Virus record (IMG/VR): IMGVR_UViG_3300010400_000007
From: a virus
Length of the DNA stretch: 60,555 nucleotides
Reading direction: 5' to 3' (one strand)
Shown: piece by piece, positions 15,850 to 24,859 of the stretch
Layout of the letters: every line of letters begins with the position of its first letter
Numbering within the stretch: the first letter of the stretch is position 1
The notes under the pieces: generated by a model
What the model was told of the DNA's origin: nothing
Database searches by the model: none
The model's input: the letters and a program-made list of their open reading frames with translations, nothing else
Position numbers and translations under genes: made by a program

Positions 15850-17108
15850 ACCAGGCCATTCAGAAGCGAGCTGAGGGCGCTGCGGCGCTCGCCGTCGGCA
15901 CCTACCGCAACGCGCAGCAGGTCAACCAGCTCATGGAGCTCGCGCAGGCCGAGGGCATCCTCGTCAGCCCCGCGACGTCGGTCGGCGCGATGCCGGAGGG
16001 CTGCGGGATCGCGCTGACCAAAGTCGTCGTGGACGTGGCGCGCGATGCGAAGGGCAAGTTCCTCTCCGACGACACGTACAGCACTGGCGGCGGCGGTGGC
16101 GGTCGCGACGACGATGATGATGGCAGTAGCGCCAAGCGTGGTCTGAGCAAGACGGTGCTGCAGAAGATCGCCGCCGCCCTGGGCGTGTCGTGGGACCCGC
16201 TCGCGAGCGGGCGCGTCGACGATGGACGCGACCCTTACTACTGCCACTGGCGCTCGGTGGGCTCCTATCGATCGTTCGATGGGCAGGTCCAGCACATCGT
16301 CGGCGAGAAGGAGATGGACCTGCGCGAGGGCTCCGCCCAGGTGCAGGCGCTCTGGGATCGCTACAAGGCAAAGAAGGCCGCCTTCGAGCGCAAGGGCTGG
16401 AAGACGCCCAACGAGCCGACCGGGCAGATCCGAGAGATGCGCCTGCACATCCTCGGGCACGCCGAGACGAAGGCGCAGCTGCGCGCGATCCGCAGCCTGG
16501 GCATCAAGACCTCCTACACGGTCGAAGAGCTCCGCAAGCCGTTCGTGGTGGCCCGGCTGATGTGGACCGGCCAGACCGACGATCCGCAGCTGCGCGGCAT
16601 CTTCGCGGAGAAGATCGCAGACTCGATGCTCAGCGGGCGGCGCGCGCTGTTCGGTCAGGGCGGCGAGTCGTTCGCGCCCAATCGCTCGGGACCAGCGCCG
16701 CTGAAGCTCGCTGGCGCGCCGCCGGTCGGCTCGGTGGCACTCGACGAGGACGACGACGGCTATGGTGATGACCGCGGCGGCACGCCACCCCAGCAGCAGC
16801 GCGAGCCCCAGCGGGACGAGCCGCCGCGCGCCGAGACCAAGGAGCAAGGTGAGAAGCCTGCCAAGGCCAGCGGCCGGCGCGGCGCGAACGCTGGTCCCAC
16901 CCTGCCCGCCGGCGACTCGAAGGGGCTTCCCCTGAGCGAGGCCGCCGACAAGGATCTCACCTACTGGTCGAACCGCCTCGAGCGCGATCTCAACGAGGGC
17001 AGTAGCCGCTATCCGAAGCAGGACCAGGAGCTGCTCGACGCCATCAACGGCGAGCTCGCCAGCCGGGCCGAGTCCGCTGAGGGCGACCGCCAGCAGAAAA
17101 TCTACTGA
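15846..17108 (+). CDS. Putative recombination/single-strand-annealing-like protein with acidic Pro-rich C-terminal tail
   Basis: ATG at 15846. Conserved-looking core ...REMRLHILGHAETKAQLRAIRSLGIKTSY... Immediately upstream of the SbcCD-like nuclease genes. Family assignment not verified. Confidence 0.35.
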   Translation: MNQAIQKRAEGAAALAVGTYRNAQQVNQLMELAQAEGILVSPATSVGAMPEGCGIALTKVVVDVARDAKGKFLSDDTYSTGGGGGGRDDDDDGSSAKRGLSKTVLQKIAAALGVSWDPLASGRVDDGRDPYYCHWRSVGSYRSFDGQVQHIVGEKEMDLREGSAQVQALWDRYKAKKAAFERKGWKTPNEPTGQIREMRLHILGHAETKAQLRAIRSLGIKTSYTVEELRKPFVVARLMWTGQTDDPQLRGIFAEKIADSMLSGRRALFGQGGESFAPNRSGPAPLKLAGAPPVGSVALDEDDDGYGDDRGGTPPQQQREPQRDEPPRAETKEQGEKPAKASGRRGANAGPTLPAGDSKGLPLSEAADKDLTYWSNRLERDLNEGSSRYPKQDQELLDAINGELASRAESAEGDRQQKIY

Positions 17109-17110
17109 CC

Positions 17111-18325
17111 ATGCGCCGCCGCCGCCTCGCCATCGTGGCCGACAGCCACCACGACCACTCCTCGCGCTTCGAGGAGTGCGTGCGCGTTCACGACTGGATC
17201 GCGGAGGACATCGCCGCGCGCGAGGTCGACCTGCTGCTCCACGCGGGCGACGTGTACGAACGGCGCAGCACGCCCGAGGAGCGCCGCGCCGTAGCGGCCT
17301 GGGCGCAGCGGGTCACGAAGCGCACGCCGATGATCATCGTACGCGGCAACCACGACCAGCCGGGCGACTTGTCGCTGCTGGAGCGGCTCGAGACCGAGCA
17401 CGAGCTGCGCGTGGTCGAGGGCGCCGAGGTGCTCTGGGGCTCCGCGTTCGGCGGGTTCGTGGTGGGTTGCCTGGCCTGGCCCACCAAGGCGAGCGTGCTC
17501 GCGCTGGGCGCGACGTCGCGGGCGGAGGGCGAGGCCGACGCGGGCACGGCGCTGCGCAACGTGCTGCTCGGGCTGGGTCAGGACATGGACCGCGCGTCGG
17601 AGCACGAGCCCAAGGTGCTGCTCGCGCACGCCATGGTGCGCGGCTCGCGGGTGTCGACCGGCCAGCCGCTGGTCGGCTGCGACCTCGAGGTCAGCATCGA
17701 GGACCTGGGCCTTGCGCGCGCGGGCTTGTACGCCCTGGGCCACATCCACAAGGGCCAGGACTGGGCGATCAACGGCGCCCCGGTGATCTACCCAGGCAGC
17801 CCCCGGCGGACCGCGTTCGGCGAGCTCGAGCCGAAGGGCTACGTGGTGGCGGAGTTCGACGGGCCCCGCTGCGTCAGCTGGGAGCTGGTGCCCACGCCAT
17901 GCGCGCCGATGATTCACATCACCGCGAACTGGGTGGACCGGCTCGACGTCGCTCTCGATAGCACGGGCGAGATCCGCGACGACGTCGGGCCCGGGCTTGC
18001 TTTCGACCCATACCCCGTCCCGGACGTGGAGTGCGCCGAAGTTCGCGTGCGCTACGTGGTGGAGTCCGACAAGCGCGAGGCAGCGAAGGCCGCCGCGGTT
18101 GCGTTTCGGGACCAACTCCTCGCGGCGGGCGCCGCGAACGTCAAGATCGAAGAAGAGGTCGAGGCCGTCAACGGCGCGCGCGCTCCCGAGGTCGCTCGCG
18201 CGCGCACGCTCGCCGACAAACTCCTCGCGCTCTGGCAGGCGCGGCGCACTACGCCACCGGAACAACGCTTGCACCGCCTCACCGACAAGGCTTCCCAGCT
18301 CGAGGAGGTGGCCCGTGCGGTTTGA
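17111..18325 (+). CDS. SbcD/Mre11-like metallophosphoesterase nuclease
   Basis: Calcineurin-fold motifs VADSHHD, AGDVYE, RGNHD, LLAHA, LGHIH. Confidence 0.8.
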   Translation: MRRRRLAIVADSHHDHSSRFEECVRVHDWIAEDIAAREVDLLLHAGDVYERRSTPEERRAVAAWAQRVTKRTPMIIVRGNHDQPGDLSLLERLETEHELRVVEGAEVLWGSAFGGFVVGCLAWPTKASVLALGATSRAEGEADAGTALRNVLLGLGQDMDRASEHEPKVLLAHAMVRGSRVSTGQPLVGCDLEVSIEDLGLARAGLYALGHIHKGQDWAINGAPVIYPGSPRRTAFGELEPKGYVVAEFDGPRCVSWELVPTPCAPMIHITANWVDRLDVALDSTGEIRDDVGPGLAFDPYPVPDVECAEVRVRYVVESDKREAAKAAAVAFRDQLLAAGAANVKIEEEVEAVNGARAPEVARARTLADKLLALWQARRTTPPEQRLHRLTDKASQLEEVARAV

Positions 18326-20729
18326 TAGAATACGCGGCCGGAACATCGGCCCTTTCAAGGGCGATTTCGATCTCGAAATCGCCGCGCTCCCGGGCCTGCT
18401 GATCAGCGTCGAGGGCGAGAACGGCGCCGGCAAAACGACGCTCCTCGGGCTGTTGCCCGGCACGCTGTTCCGCGAGGTGCCGACGCGCGGCTCGCTCGCC
18501 GCGCTCGCCACTGGCCGCGACTCGTTCTGTGAGGTGACCGTCGTCAACGGCGCGCGGCACGTCGTGCGCCAGCTGATCGACAGCCACACCGGCAAGGGCG
18601 AGACGGCGATCCTTGACGGCGCGGGCGCGGCCGTGCTCGGCAGCGGCAAGGTCAAAGAGGCTGACCGCTGGATCGCAGAGCACTTCCCGCCGGCCGAACT
18701 GCTCTACAGCTCGAGCTTCGCCGTGCAGGGCTCGCGCGGCCTGTTCGACCTGACCGCCACCGAGCGCAAGGCGGTGATCAATCGGGCACTCGGCATCGAG
18801 CACTACGAGCGGCTGGCAGAGGCTGCGCGGGATCGCTCGCGCGGCACGAAGGCGACCTTGGATGGGCTCCGCGCCCGGTTGGCCGACCTCGGCGCGCCCG
18901 ACCTGCCGGCGCTCGAGGCCGCGCTGGTCGGAGCGCGACAGCGCGTCGAGGAGGCCGCCGAGGCCCTGCGCGGCGCGCGGGTGGCGCTCGACCGGGCCAA
19001 GGCGGCCGCCGGCGACGCGGCCCGGCAGGCGGAGCTGGCGGAGCAGCGCCGGGCGGCCCAGCGTCGCCTGGACGCCGCGCAGAAGGGCCTCGCCGAGCTC
19101 GAGGAGCGCCTGCGGAACAATCGGGGGGTCCTGGACCAGGCGCAGCAGATCCGCGCTGCCATCGCCCAGGCGGCGGAACTTGACGCGCAGATCGAGGCCG
19201 CGCGGGGCCCGGCCGCCGAGGCGGTCCGTGCCTACACCGCGGCCGTGGCCGCTGAGCACGCTGCCGGCAACGCGCACCAGCGCGCGGCCGACGATGTGAG
19301 CCAAGCCCAAGGGCGCATGCTGCGGGCGCAGAACCGGCTGAGGGACCGTGCCAGAGTGGCCGAAGCAGCCGGCACCGTCGCGCGCAGCCGGGCGCGCGAG
19401 ACCGAGCTCGAAGCCGAGATCGCGGAGTGTGAGCAGGCGGCGGCTGACTACGAGCGGCTGGTGCTGCGCGGGAAAGACCAGCGAATCGAGGGGCTACGCT
19501 CTGGATTGCAGCGAGTCGCCTCCCACCCCGACGATTTCAAGCAGGAGATCGCGCGCGAAGCCCTCGATGCCGACGACGAACTGGCCGCGCGCGCGGCTGC
19601 GGCGCCGCAGCTCCGCGATGGCGCACGGCAGCAAGTCAGAGACCGTCGGGCACTGCTGGCCGACGTCCGGCGCATCCTGAGCGAGGCGCAGGCACTCGCC
19701 GCGCGCGCGGGCGAGATCGCGCAGGCCGAGGCCGATCATGCGCAGGCCCAGCAAGAGGAAGCGGCCGCGTCCGAGCGGCTCCAGGCCGCCAAGGTGGCGC
19801 GCGACCAGGCGGCGGCGCAGCGCGCGGAGACGAACCGCACCGCCGAGGCTGCCGAGAGCGCGCTCGATTCCCTGCGCGGCAAGCGCGCGGCCCTAAACGC
19901 CGCGCTTGCGCTGCGCGAGCGCCTCGAGAAGGCCGAGGCCCGCATCGAGGAGCTCCAGGCCCAGGAGCCCGTCGCGCGCGCCGCGGTGGCCCAGGCAGAA
20001 GCCGAGCTGGCCACCCTCCCCCAGGTCGATCCGGCCAAGCCGGTGGATCTGGCCAGCCACGAGCGGGAGGTCGAGCGTCGGGAGAGCCTCGAGCGTGCCG
20101 CCGGTGGTGAGCTGGCGCGCGCCGAGGCGAAGATCGACCGTGCCAAGGAGGTCCTGCACGTCCGCGCGGACATCGAGAAGCAGATCTCGGAAGCCGAGGA
20201 CGAGCTCGCCGACTGGACGCGCCTCGCCGCGGACCTCGGCAAGGATGGCCTCCAGGCGATGGAGATCGACGCCGCGCTGCCCGAACTCGGCGCGATCACG
20301 AACGACTTGCTCCACGCCTGCCACGGGCCCCGCTTCACGGTCGAGTTCCGCACCGACCGCCTCAGCGCCGACGCGAAGCGCACGATCGAGGACTTCGAGA
20401 TCCGCGTGATCGACACGGAGCGCGGCCGAGACGCGCTCGCCGAGACTTACAGCGGCGGCGAGCTGGTGCTGGTCGGCTCCGCCGTGTCGCTCGCGCTCAC
20501 TACCCTCGCCTGCCGGCGCTACGGGCACGAGCACGTGACCATCGTGCGCGACGAGTCCGGCGCCGCGCTCTCGCCGACGAACGCGCGCGCCTGGGTGGCG
20601 ATGCTCCGGCGCGCCGCCACCGCCATCAACGCGGACAAGGTGCTGATGGTGACGCACTCGCCCGAGCTCGCCGAGCTGGCCGATGCGCACATCCGGCTGG
20701 CCGACGGGCGCATCGAGGTCATGCCGTGA
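18315..20729 (+). CDS. SbcC/Rad50-like SMC ATPase
   Basis: GTG at 18315 after GAGGAGG. Walker A GENGAGKTTLL, long Ala/Glu/Arg coiled coil, signature YSGGE, Walker B VTIVRDESG, H-loop MVTHS. Confidence 0.8.
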   Translation: MRFDRIRGRNIGPFKGDFDLEIAALPGLLISVEGENGAGKTTLLGLLPGTLFREVPTRGSLAALATGRDSFCEVTVVNGARHVVRQLIDSHTGKGETAILDGAGAAVLGSGKVKEADRWIAEHFPPAELLYSSSFAVQGSRGLFDLTATERKAVINRALGIEHYERLAEAARDRSRGTKATLDGLRARLADLGAPDLPALEAALVGARQRVEEAAEALRGARVALDRAKAAAGDAARQAELAEQRRAAQRRLDAAQKGLAELEERLRNNRGVLDQAQQIRAAIAQAAELDAQIEAARGPAAEAVRAYTAAVAAEHAAGNAHQRAADDVSQAQGRMLRAQNRLRDRARVAEAAGTVARSRARETELEAEIAECEQAAADYERLVLRGKDQRIEGLRSGLQRVASHPDDFKQEIAREALDADDELAARAAAAPQLRDGARQQVRDRRALLADVRRILSEAQALAARAGEIAQAEADHAQAQQEEAAASERLQAAKVARDQAAAQRAETNRTAEAAESALDSLRGKRAALNAALALRERLEKAEARIEELQAQEPVARAAVAQAEAELATLPQVDPAKPVDLASHEREVERRESLERAAGGELARAEAKIDRAKEVLHVRADIEKQISEAEDELADWTRLAADLGKDGLQAMEIDAALPELGAITNDLLHACHGPRFTVEFRTDRLSADAKRTIEDFEIRVIDTERGRDALAETYSGGELVLVGSAVSLALTTLACRRYGHEHVTIVRDESGAALSPTNARAWVAMLRRAATAINADKVLMVTHSPELAELADAHIRLADGRIEVMP

Positions 20730-21052
20730 GCGTCGACTGGCAGAAGCTCAAGACCGATCTGATCGCCGCGCGCGAAGCGGCGCAGGCGGTGCCGAATGCA
20801 GGCGACGGCGGCTCGGCCAATAACGATGCCGCCTCGGTGGTGATCCCGCGCGTGCGCGGGCGCAAGGTGCAGGACGTGGCGCGCTCCGCAGGCCTCGGCT
20901 GCTCAGAGCGCACGCGCTTCGGCACGCGTGTGTTCCTCCTGAACTCGCCGAAGGGCGGACAGGGCGACCACAACACGCAGCAGGCCGAGGCGATGGTGAA
21001 GGTCCTCAAGGCGCGCGGCTGGGCCGCGTCCATGTGGTGGCAGATCGACTGA
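20726..21052 (+). CDS. Hypothetical protein (108 aa)
   Basis: GTGA coupling to the SbcC-like stop. Balanced composition. Confidence 0.5.
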   Translation: MSVDWQKLKTDLIAAREAAQAVPNAGDGGSANNDAASVVIPRVRGRKVQDVARSAGLGCSERTRFGTRVFLLNSPKGGQGDHNTQQAEAMVKVLKARGWAASMWWQID

Positions 21053-21069
21053 TCCGGAGGGGTTGCTCA

Positions 21070-21267
21070 ATGCGCCAAGGGAAGATCGAAGTGAACCGCA
21101 CCGTCGACGGCGTGAGCCTGGCGATGAGCAACGCCCAGCACGCGGTGACGTTCTGGATCACGCCGCAGGAGGCGCGCGAGCTCGCCGCGGCGCTGCTGGT
21201 AGTCTCTGAAGCGCCGGCAGGCGCTCGGCCGCCCGAGTCGCACATGCACATGGGGTTCCGGTTGTGA
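21070..21267 (+). CDS. Hypothetical protein (65 aa)
   Basis: ATG at 21070 preceded by GGAGG. Confidence 0.5.
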   Translation: MRQGKIEVNRTVDGVSLAMSNAQHAVTFWITPQEARELAAALLVVSEAPAGARPPESHMHMGFRL

Positions 21268-21593
21268 TGCCGTGCCGCACCGTCCACCTGCCGGGAGGCA
21301 TGGCGATCACCTGCTCGCGCGAGCGGACGAAGCCCTGCCACCACTGCGGGCGCGGCGCGACCGCGCTGTGCGACTTCCCGCTGAGCGGCGAGAAGGAGGG
21401 CAAGACCTGCGATCGGCCGATGTGCGCCAGGCACGCGCACCGCCAGGGCGTGCACACGTCAGGGCCCCACAAGGGCGACTCGATCGACTACTGCCTGACG
21501 CACCACGAGCTGGCCAAGAAGCACGGACTGGTCGCGGGCGGTGCGCAGCTCGATCTCGAGGCGCTCCTCGAAGGCCGGGACGGTCGGCGATGA
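21264..21593 (+). CDS. Cys/His-rich small protein (putative zinc-binding)
   Basis: CRTVH..CSRERTKPCHHCG..LCDFP..KTCDRPMCARHAH..YCLTHH. Confidence 0.55.
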   Translation: MMPCRTVHLPGGMAITCSRERTKPCHHCGRGATALCDFPLSGEKEGKTCDRPMCARHAHRQGVHTSGPHKGDSIDYCLTHHELAKKHGLVAGGAQLDLEALLEGRDGRR

Positions 21594-22249
21594 TCGTCAT
21601 CGAACACCAGATCGAGGTGATGAGCAAGGCGTGCGCCGAGCACGCGCCTAACGCTACGCCGTGGAACGCGCTCCCTGAACAATGGCGAGCAAACATCCGC
21701 GCCGGCATTAGGGCAGCGCTTGCTGTGCTGCCGGACCCGGAGCCGCGACCCATCCCCGCGGTGTTGAAGCAGCTGGTCCAGCGCTGGTCGGACCGAGCCT
21801 ACTCCGATCGAAAGGTGGAAGCCGGGGAGGTCTGGCGCGAAGCCGTAGCCGAGCTCAAGAAGGCGATCAAGACGCTCGAGCCGCCTGCGACGCCCGGCCA
21901 GCACGACTGGCAGCACACAAGCACGGAGACCATCAGCGAGGAGAGGATCTGCCACGCCTACCGCTGCAGCAATTGCGGAGCAACGCGCGAAATGGATGGG
22001 CCCGAGCGCGATCCCGGGGAGGCAGCGGACTGGCTCGACGTTGAGGGCTGCAGCCCTGCGGCTGCCTCAGGATCGCACGGCGCGGCCGAGCGGCGCCTCG
22101 AAGCGCTGGAGGCAGACCACGCCTTCCTCTACGACGAGTTCCTGAACTACATGCGCGAAGTCGCCAAGGGGCGTGCATCCGGCGCTGCGGCAATCGCACG
22201 CGGCAATCTCACGAAGCGCAAGGCCGCGCGCGCACAAGAGGGCGGCTGA
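21590..22249 (+). CDS. Hypothetical protein (219 aa) with CxxC pair
   Basis: ATG at 21590 (ATGA coupling). ICHAYRCSNCGATRE motif and a C-terminal helical region. Confidence 0.55.
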   Translation: MIVIEHQIEVMSKACAEHAPNATPWNALPEQWRANIRAGIRAALAVLPDPEPRPIPAVLKQLVQRWSDRAYSDRKVEAGEVWREAVAELKKAIKTLEPPATPGQHDWQHTSTETISEERICHAYRCSNCGATREMDGPERDPGEAADWLDVEGCSPAAASGSHGAAERRLEALEADHAFLYDEFLNYMREVAKGRASGAAAIARGNLTKRKAARAQEGG

Positions 22250-22740
22250 TGCTGGCGCTCAGCTTCATCCAGCCGTGGGCATCCGCCGTGCTGCTCGCCG
22301 GCAAGAATATCGAGAACCGCCCGTGGGCGCCCACGAAGGCGGTCCTGGGGACGCGCATCGCGATCCACGCGGGGAAGAAGGTCGATAAGGGCGACGCATG
22401 GGAGCTCCTGCAGCACCTTCCCGACCTCGGCAATGTGCCGCGCGGGGCGATCCTGGGCACTGCCGAGGTTGCTGGCTGGGTTCGATTTGAGAACAGCCTC
22501 AGCGGGCCGCACCTCGGCGTCACGGACTTCGTAGGACTGACCGAGTTCCAGGTGGCGGCTGTCCACGCGTCGATGTGGCTGCATCCATCGACGCCGTGCG
22601 CGTGGGTGCTGCGCGCGCCGCGCGTCCTGCCCGAGCCCATCCCGTGCGCCGGCGCACTTGGACTCTGGCGCCTGCCGGCCGACGTCGAGGCCCGCCTCAA
22701 CGCGCAGCTCGCCGCCCCGGAGGCCTCGACATGCCCCTGA
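22249..22740 (+). CDS. ASCH (PUA-like) domain protein
   Basis: LSFIQPWASAVLLAGKNIENRPW...IAIHAGKK...GAILGTAEV matches the phage ASCH pattern. Confidence 0.65.
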   Translation: MLALSFIQPWASAVLLAGKNIENRPWAPTKAVLGTRIAIHAGKKVDKGDAWELLQHLPDLGNVPRGAILGTAEVAGWVRFENSLSGPHLGVTDFVGLTEFQVAAVHASMWLHPSTPCAWVLRAPRVLPEPIPCAGALGLWRLPADVEARLNAQLAAPEASTCP

Positions 22741-24476
22741 ACATCGCGGCCGACCTCGCGCTGCCCGACAACGCGGTCACCCAAACCTTCGGCTTCCTCG
22801 CGCGCAAGGGCGCCGGCAAGACCTACGCCGCGGGCAAGCTGGTCGAAGAGCTGCTCGAGCTGCGCGCGCCCGTGGTGGTGCTCGATCCGGTCGGCACCTG
22901 GTACGGACTGCGCATCGGCGCCGACGGGAAGTCGCCCGGCGCGAGCGTGCCTGTCTTCGGCGGCGAGCACGGCGACGTGCCGATCGAGGTCCACCAGGGC
23001 GAGGCCGTCGCGCGCCTGATCGTTCAGCGGAACCTCTCCGCGGTCCTCGACGTCAGCGCGTTCCGCAAGAACGAGCGCAAGCGGTTCGTCACGGACTTCG
23101 CCGAGACGCTGTTCCACGAATCGAAGCGGGTGCGCACCGCGCGCATGGTCGTGCTCGAGGAGGCGCAGGTGTTCGCGCCCCAGCAGGCCAAGGGCGAGGA
23201 GCGCATGCTCGGCGCGATCGAGGACATCGTGCGCCTCGGTCGGAACTACGGACTCGGCAGCACCCTGATCAGCCAGCGGCCGCAGAGCGTCAACAAGGAG
23301 GTCCTCAACCAGGTCGAGGCGCTCTTCGTGGGACAGCTGAGCGGCCCGCACGAGCGCAAGGCCATCGAGGGATGGGTCGTCGACAGAGGGGCCGACAAGG
23401 AGTGGCTCCGCGAGCTGCCTTCGCTGCCCGTCGGCACCATGGTGCTCTGGTCACCGCAGTGGCTGCAGACCTTCCGGAAGGTGAAGATTGGGAAGAAGCG
23501 CACGCTCGACGCGAGCGCGACGCCCGAGCTTGGGAAGGCGCGCCTCGTCACCGCGCCCGTCGAGATCGATGTGAGCGAGCTCCGGGCCGCGCTCGACGAG
23601 CCAGAACCGAAACCGAAACCGAAGGCCAAGCGAGCGCCATCTCGCGAGGACGAAGCGCCCGAGAGGCACCACCACGACCTCGTGGCGGAGACGACGCAGC
23701 TCCGGATGGCGAACGACGAACTGCGCGGGGTCAACCGGGCGCTCACGGACCTGGTGGAAACCGCGGTGAAGGAGCTCGACCGCCTGCTGCTCGAGGCGAT
23801 CAGCAACCTGCGCCGGGCGCTCACCGTCGCGCGCGGCGTCGTAGCGTCGTCCGCGAGGAATCACGGCGCGGTCATCGATGCCGAGTTCGATGGGCACGAC
23901 TCCGACTACCCCGAACCGCCGCCGCCGATGCCGAAGGCGCCGCGAATGCGACGTGAGGCTCGGACGATGACGGCGGGCGCGCCCACGAACGGGGCGCTGA
24001 GCGGCCCCCAGCGGGCGATCCTTGAGACGCTGGCAGAACTCCACCCCCTCCCCTTCACGCGCTACCAGCTCGCGAAGGCCCGCGGCGTGCACATGCGCTC
24101 GAAGGGTCACCAGAACACCCTCGGCGCGCTCTCGAGCGGCGGCTACATTGAGAAGTCCGGCGATTCGGTGAGACTCACGGACAAGGGCGTGGTCGCCGCC
24201 GGCCTCCCATTCGTCGCGTCCCCGGCGCGACCGACGCGCAAAAAGATCGAGGCGTTCTGGGCCGACCGCATCACCGGCACCGAGGACAAGATCCTCGGGC
24301 TCGTGAGTCCATTCCGCTCGCCGCCGTTCGACCGCGATGCGCTGGCGCGCAGCCTTGAAGTCCACCCGCGATCGAAGGGCTTCCTCAACGCGCTGGGCGC
24401 GCTTCGCAGCGCCGGGCTGATCACGAAGGGGGCGACCGTCGAGCTCACGCCCTACATGCTCGGGAGGTCGTTGTGA
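22731..24476 (+). CDS. HerA/FtsK-like P-loop ATPase with two C-terminal winged-helix repeats
   Basis: Walker A ARKGAGKTYAAG, VVLDPVGTWYG, Walker B MVVLEEAQVF, LISQRPQSVNKEVLNQ. Tandem repeats ...HMRSKGHQNTLGALSSGGYI... and ...HPRSKGFLNALGALRSAGLI... Confidence 0.65.
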   Translation: MPLNIAADLALPDNAVTQTFGFLARKGAGKTYAAGKLVEELLELRAPVVVLDPVGTWYGLRIGADGKSPGASVPVFGGEHGDVPIEVHQGEAVARLIVQRNLSAVLDVSAFRKNERKRFVTDFAETLFHESKRVRTARMVVLEEAQVFAPQQAKGEERMLGAIEDIVRLGRNYGLGSTLISQRPQSVNKEVLNQVEALFVGQLSGPHERKAIEGWVVDRGADKEWLRELPSLPVGTMVLWSPQWLQTFRKVKIGKKRTLDASATPELGKARLVTAPVEIDVSELRAALDEPEPKPKPKAKRAPSREDEAPERHHHDLVAETTQLRMANDELRGVNRALTDLVETAVKELDRLLLEAISNLRRALTVARGVVASSARNHGAVIDAEFDGHDSDYPEPPPPMPKAPRMRREARTMTAGAPTNGALSGPQRAILETLAELHPLPFTRYQLAKARGVHMRSKGHQNTLGALSSGGYIEKSGDSVRLTDKGVVAAGLPFVASPARPTRKKIEAFWADRITGTEDKILGLVSPFRSPPFDRDALARSLEVHPRSKGFLNALGALRSAGLITKGATVELTPYMLGRSL

Positions 24477-24859
24477 AGAAGGCCGAGCGAACTGTGCGCC
24501 GCGTCGGTCCTCGGCCCACCGACATCGCGTGGGTGCCCGGCGTGTCGTGGCATTCGCAGATCGAACTGCTTTACCGCCGCGAGCACATCCACCGCTGCTG
24601 GTCGCAGGTCCAGCTGTTCACGATCTGGCTGGTGCAGCAGGTATTGAGCGGCTCGCCGGCAAATCCCCTAGCCCCGCTCACCCCGCGCGAGCGCGAGGTC
24701 GTCAAAGCGCTGCAGAGTGGCTTGCGCACGAGCAGCATCGCGACCGCGCTGAGCATAGCCCCGGACACGGTGCGCAACCACCTCAAGCACGCTTTCAGCA
24801 AGCTGGGGGTCAACTCGCAGGTCGAGCTGCTCGCGCTCGTGGGAGGCCGCCGTGGCTGA
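24473..24859 (+). CDS. LuxR/GerE-family HTH regulator
   Basis: C-terminus LTPREREVVKALQSGLRTSSIATALSIAPDTVRNHLKHAFSKLGVNSQVELL. Confidence 0.75.
   Translation: MKKAERTVRRVGPRPTDIAWVPGVSWHSQIELLYRREHIHRCWSQVQLFTIWLVQQVLSGSPANPLAPLTPREREVVKALQSGLRTSSIATALSIAPDTVRNHLKHAFSKLGVNSQVELLALVGGRRG

Noticed and set aside
15618-16847. 409-aa minus-strand ORF
   Set aside because: It is antisense to the 15846..17108 gene within a plus-strand operon. It has a Leu/Arg/Ala shadow composition.
17102-18655. 517-aa minus-strand ORF
   Set aside because: It is antisense to the SbcD-like gene, which carries all metallophosphoesterase motifs.
23604-23624. Short tandem repeat gaaccgaaaccgaaaccgaag, checked as possible CRISPR or satellite DNA
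   Set aside because: There are only three 6-nt units, and they lie inside the HerA-like gene, coding an EPKPKPK linker. No spacer-repeat architecture exists anywhere in the window.
22658-23956. 432-aa plus-strand ORF
   Set aside because: It is an Arg/Gly/Ala-rich alternative frame of the HerA-like ATPase gene.
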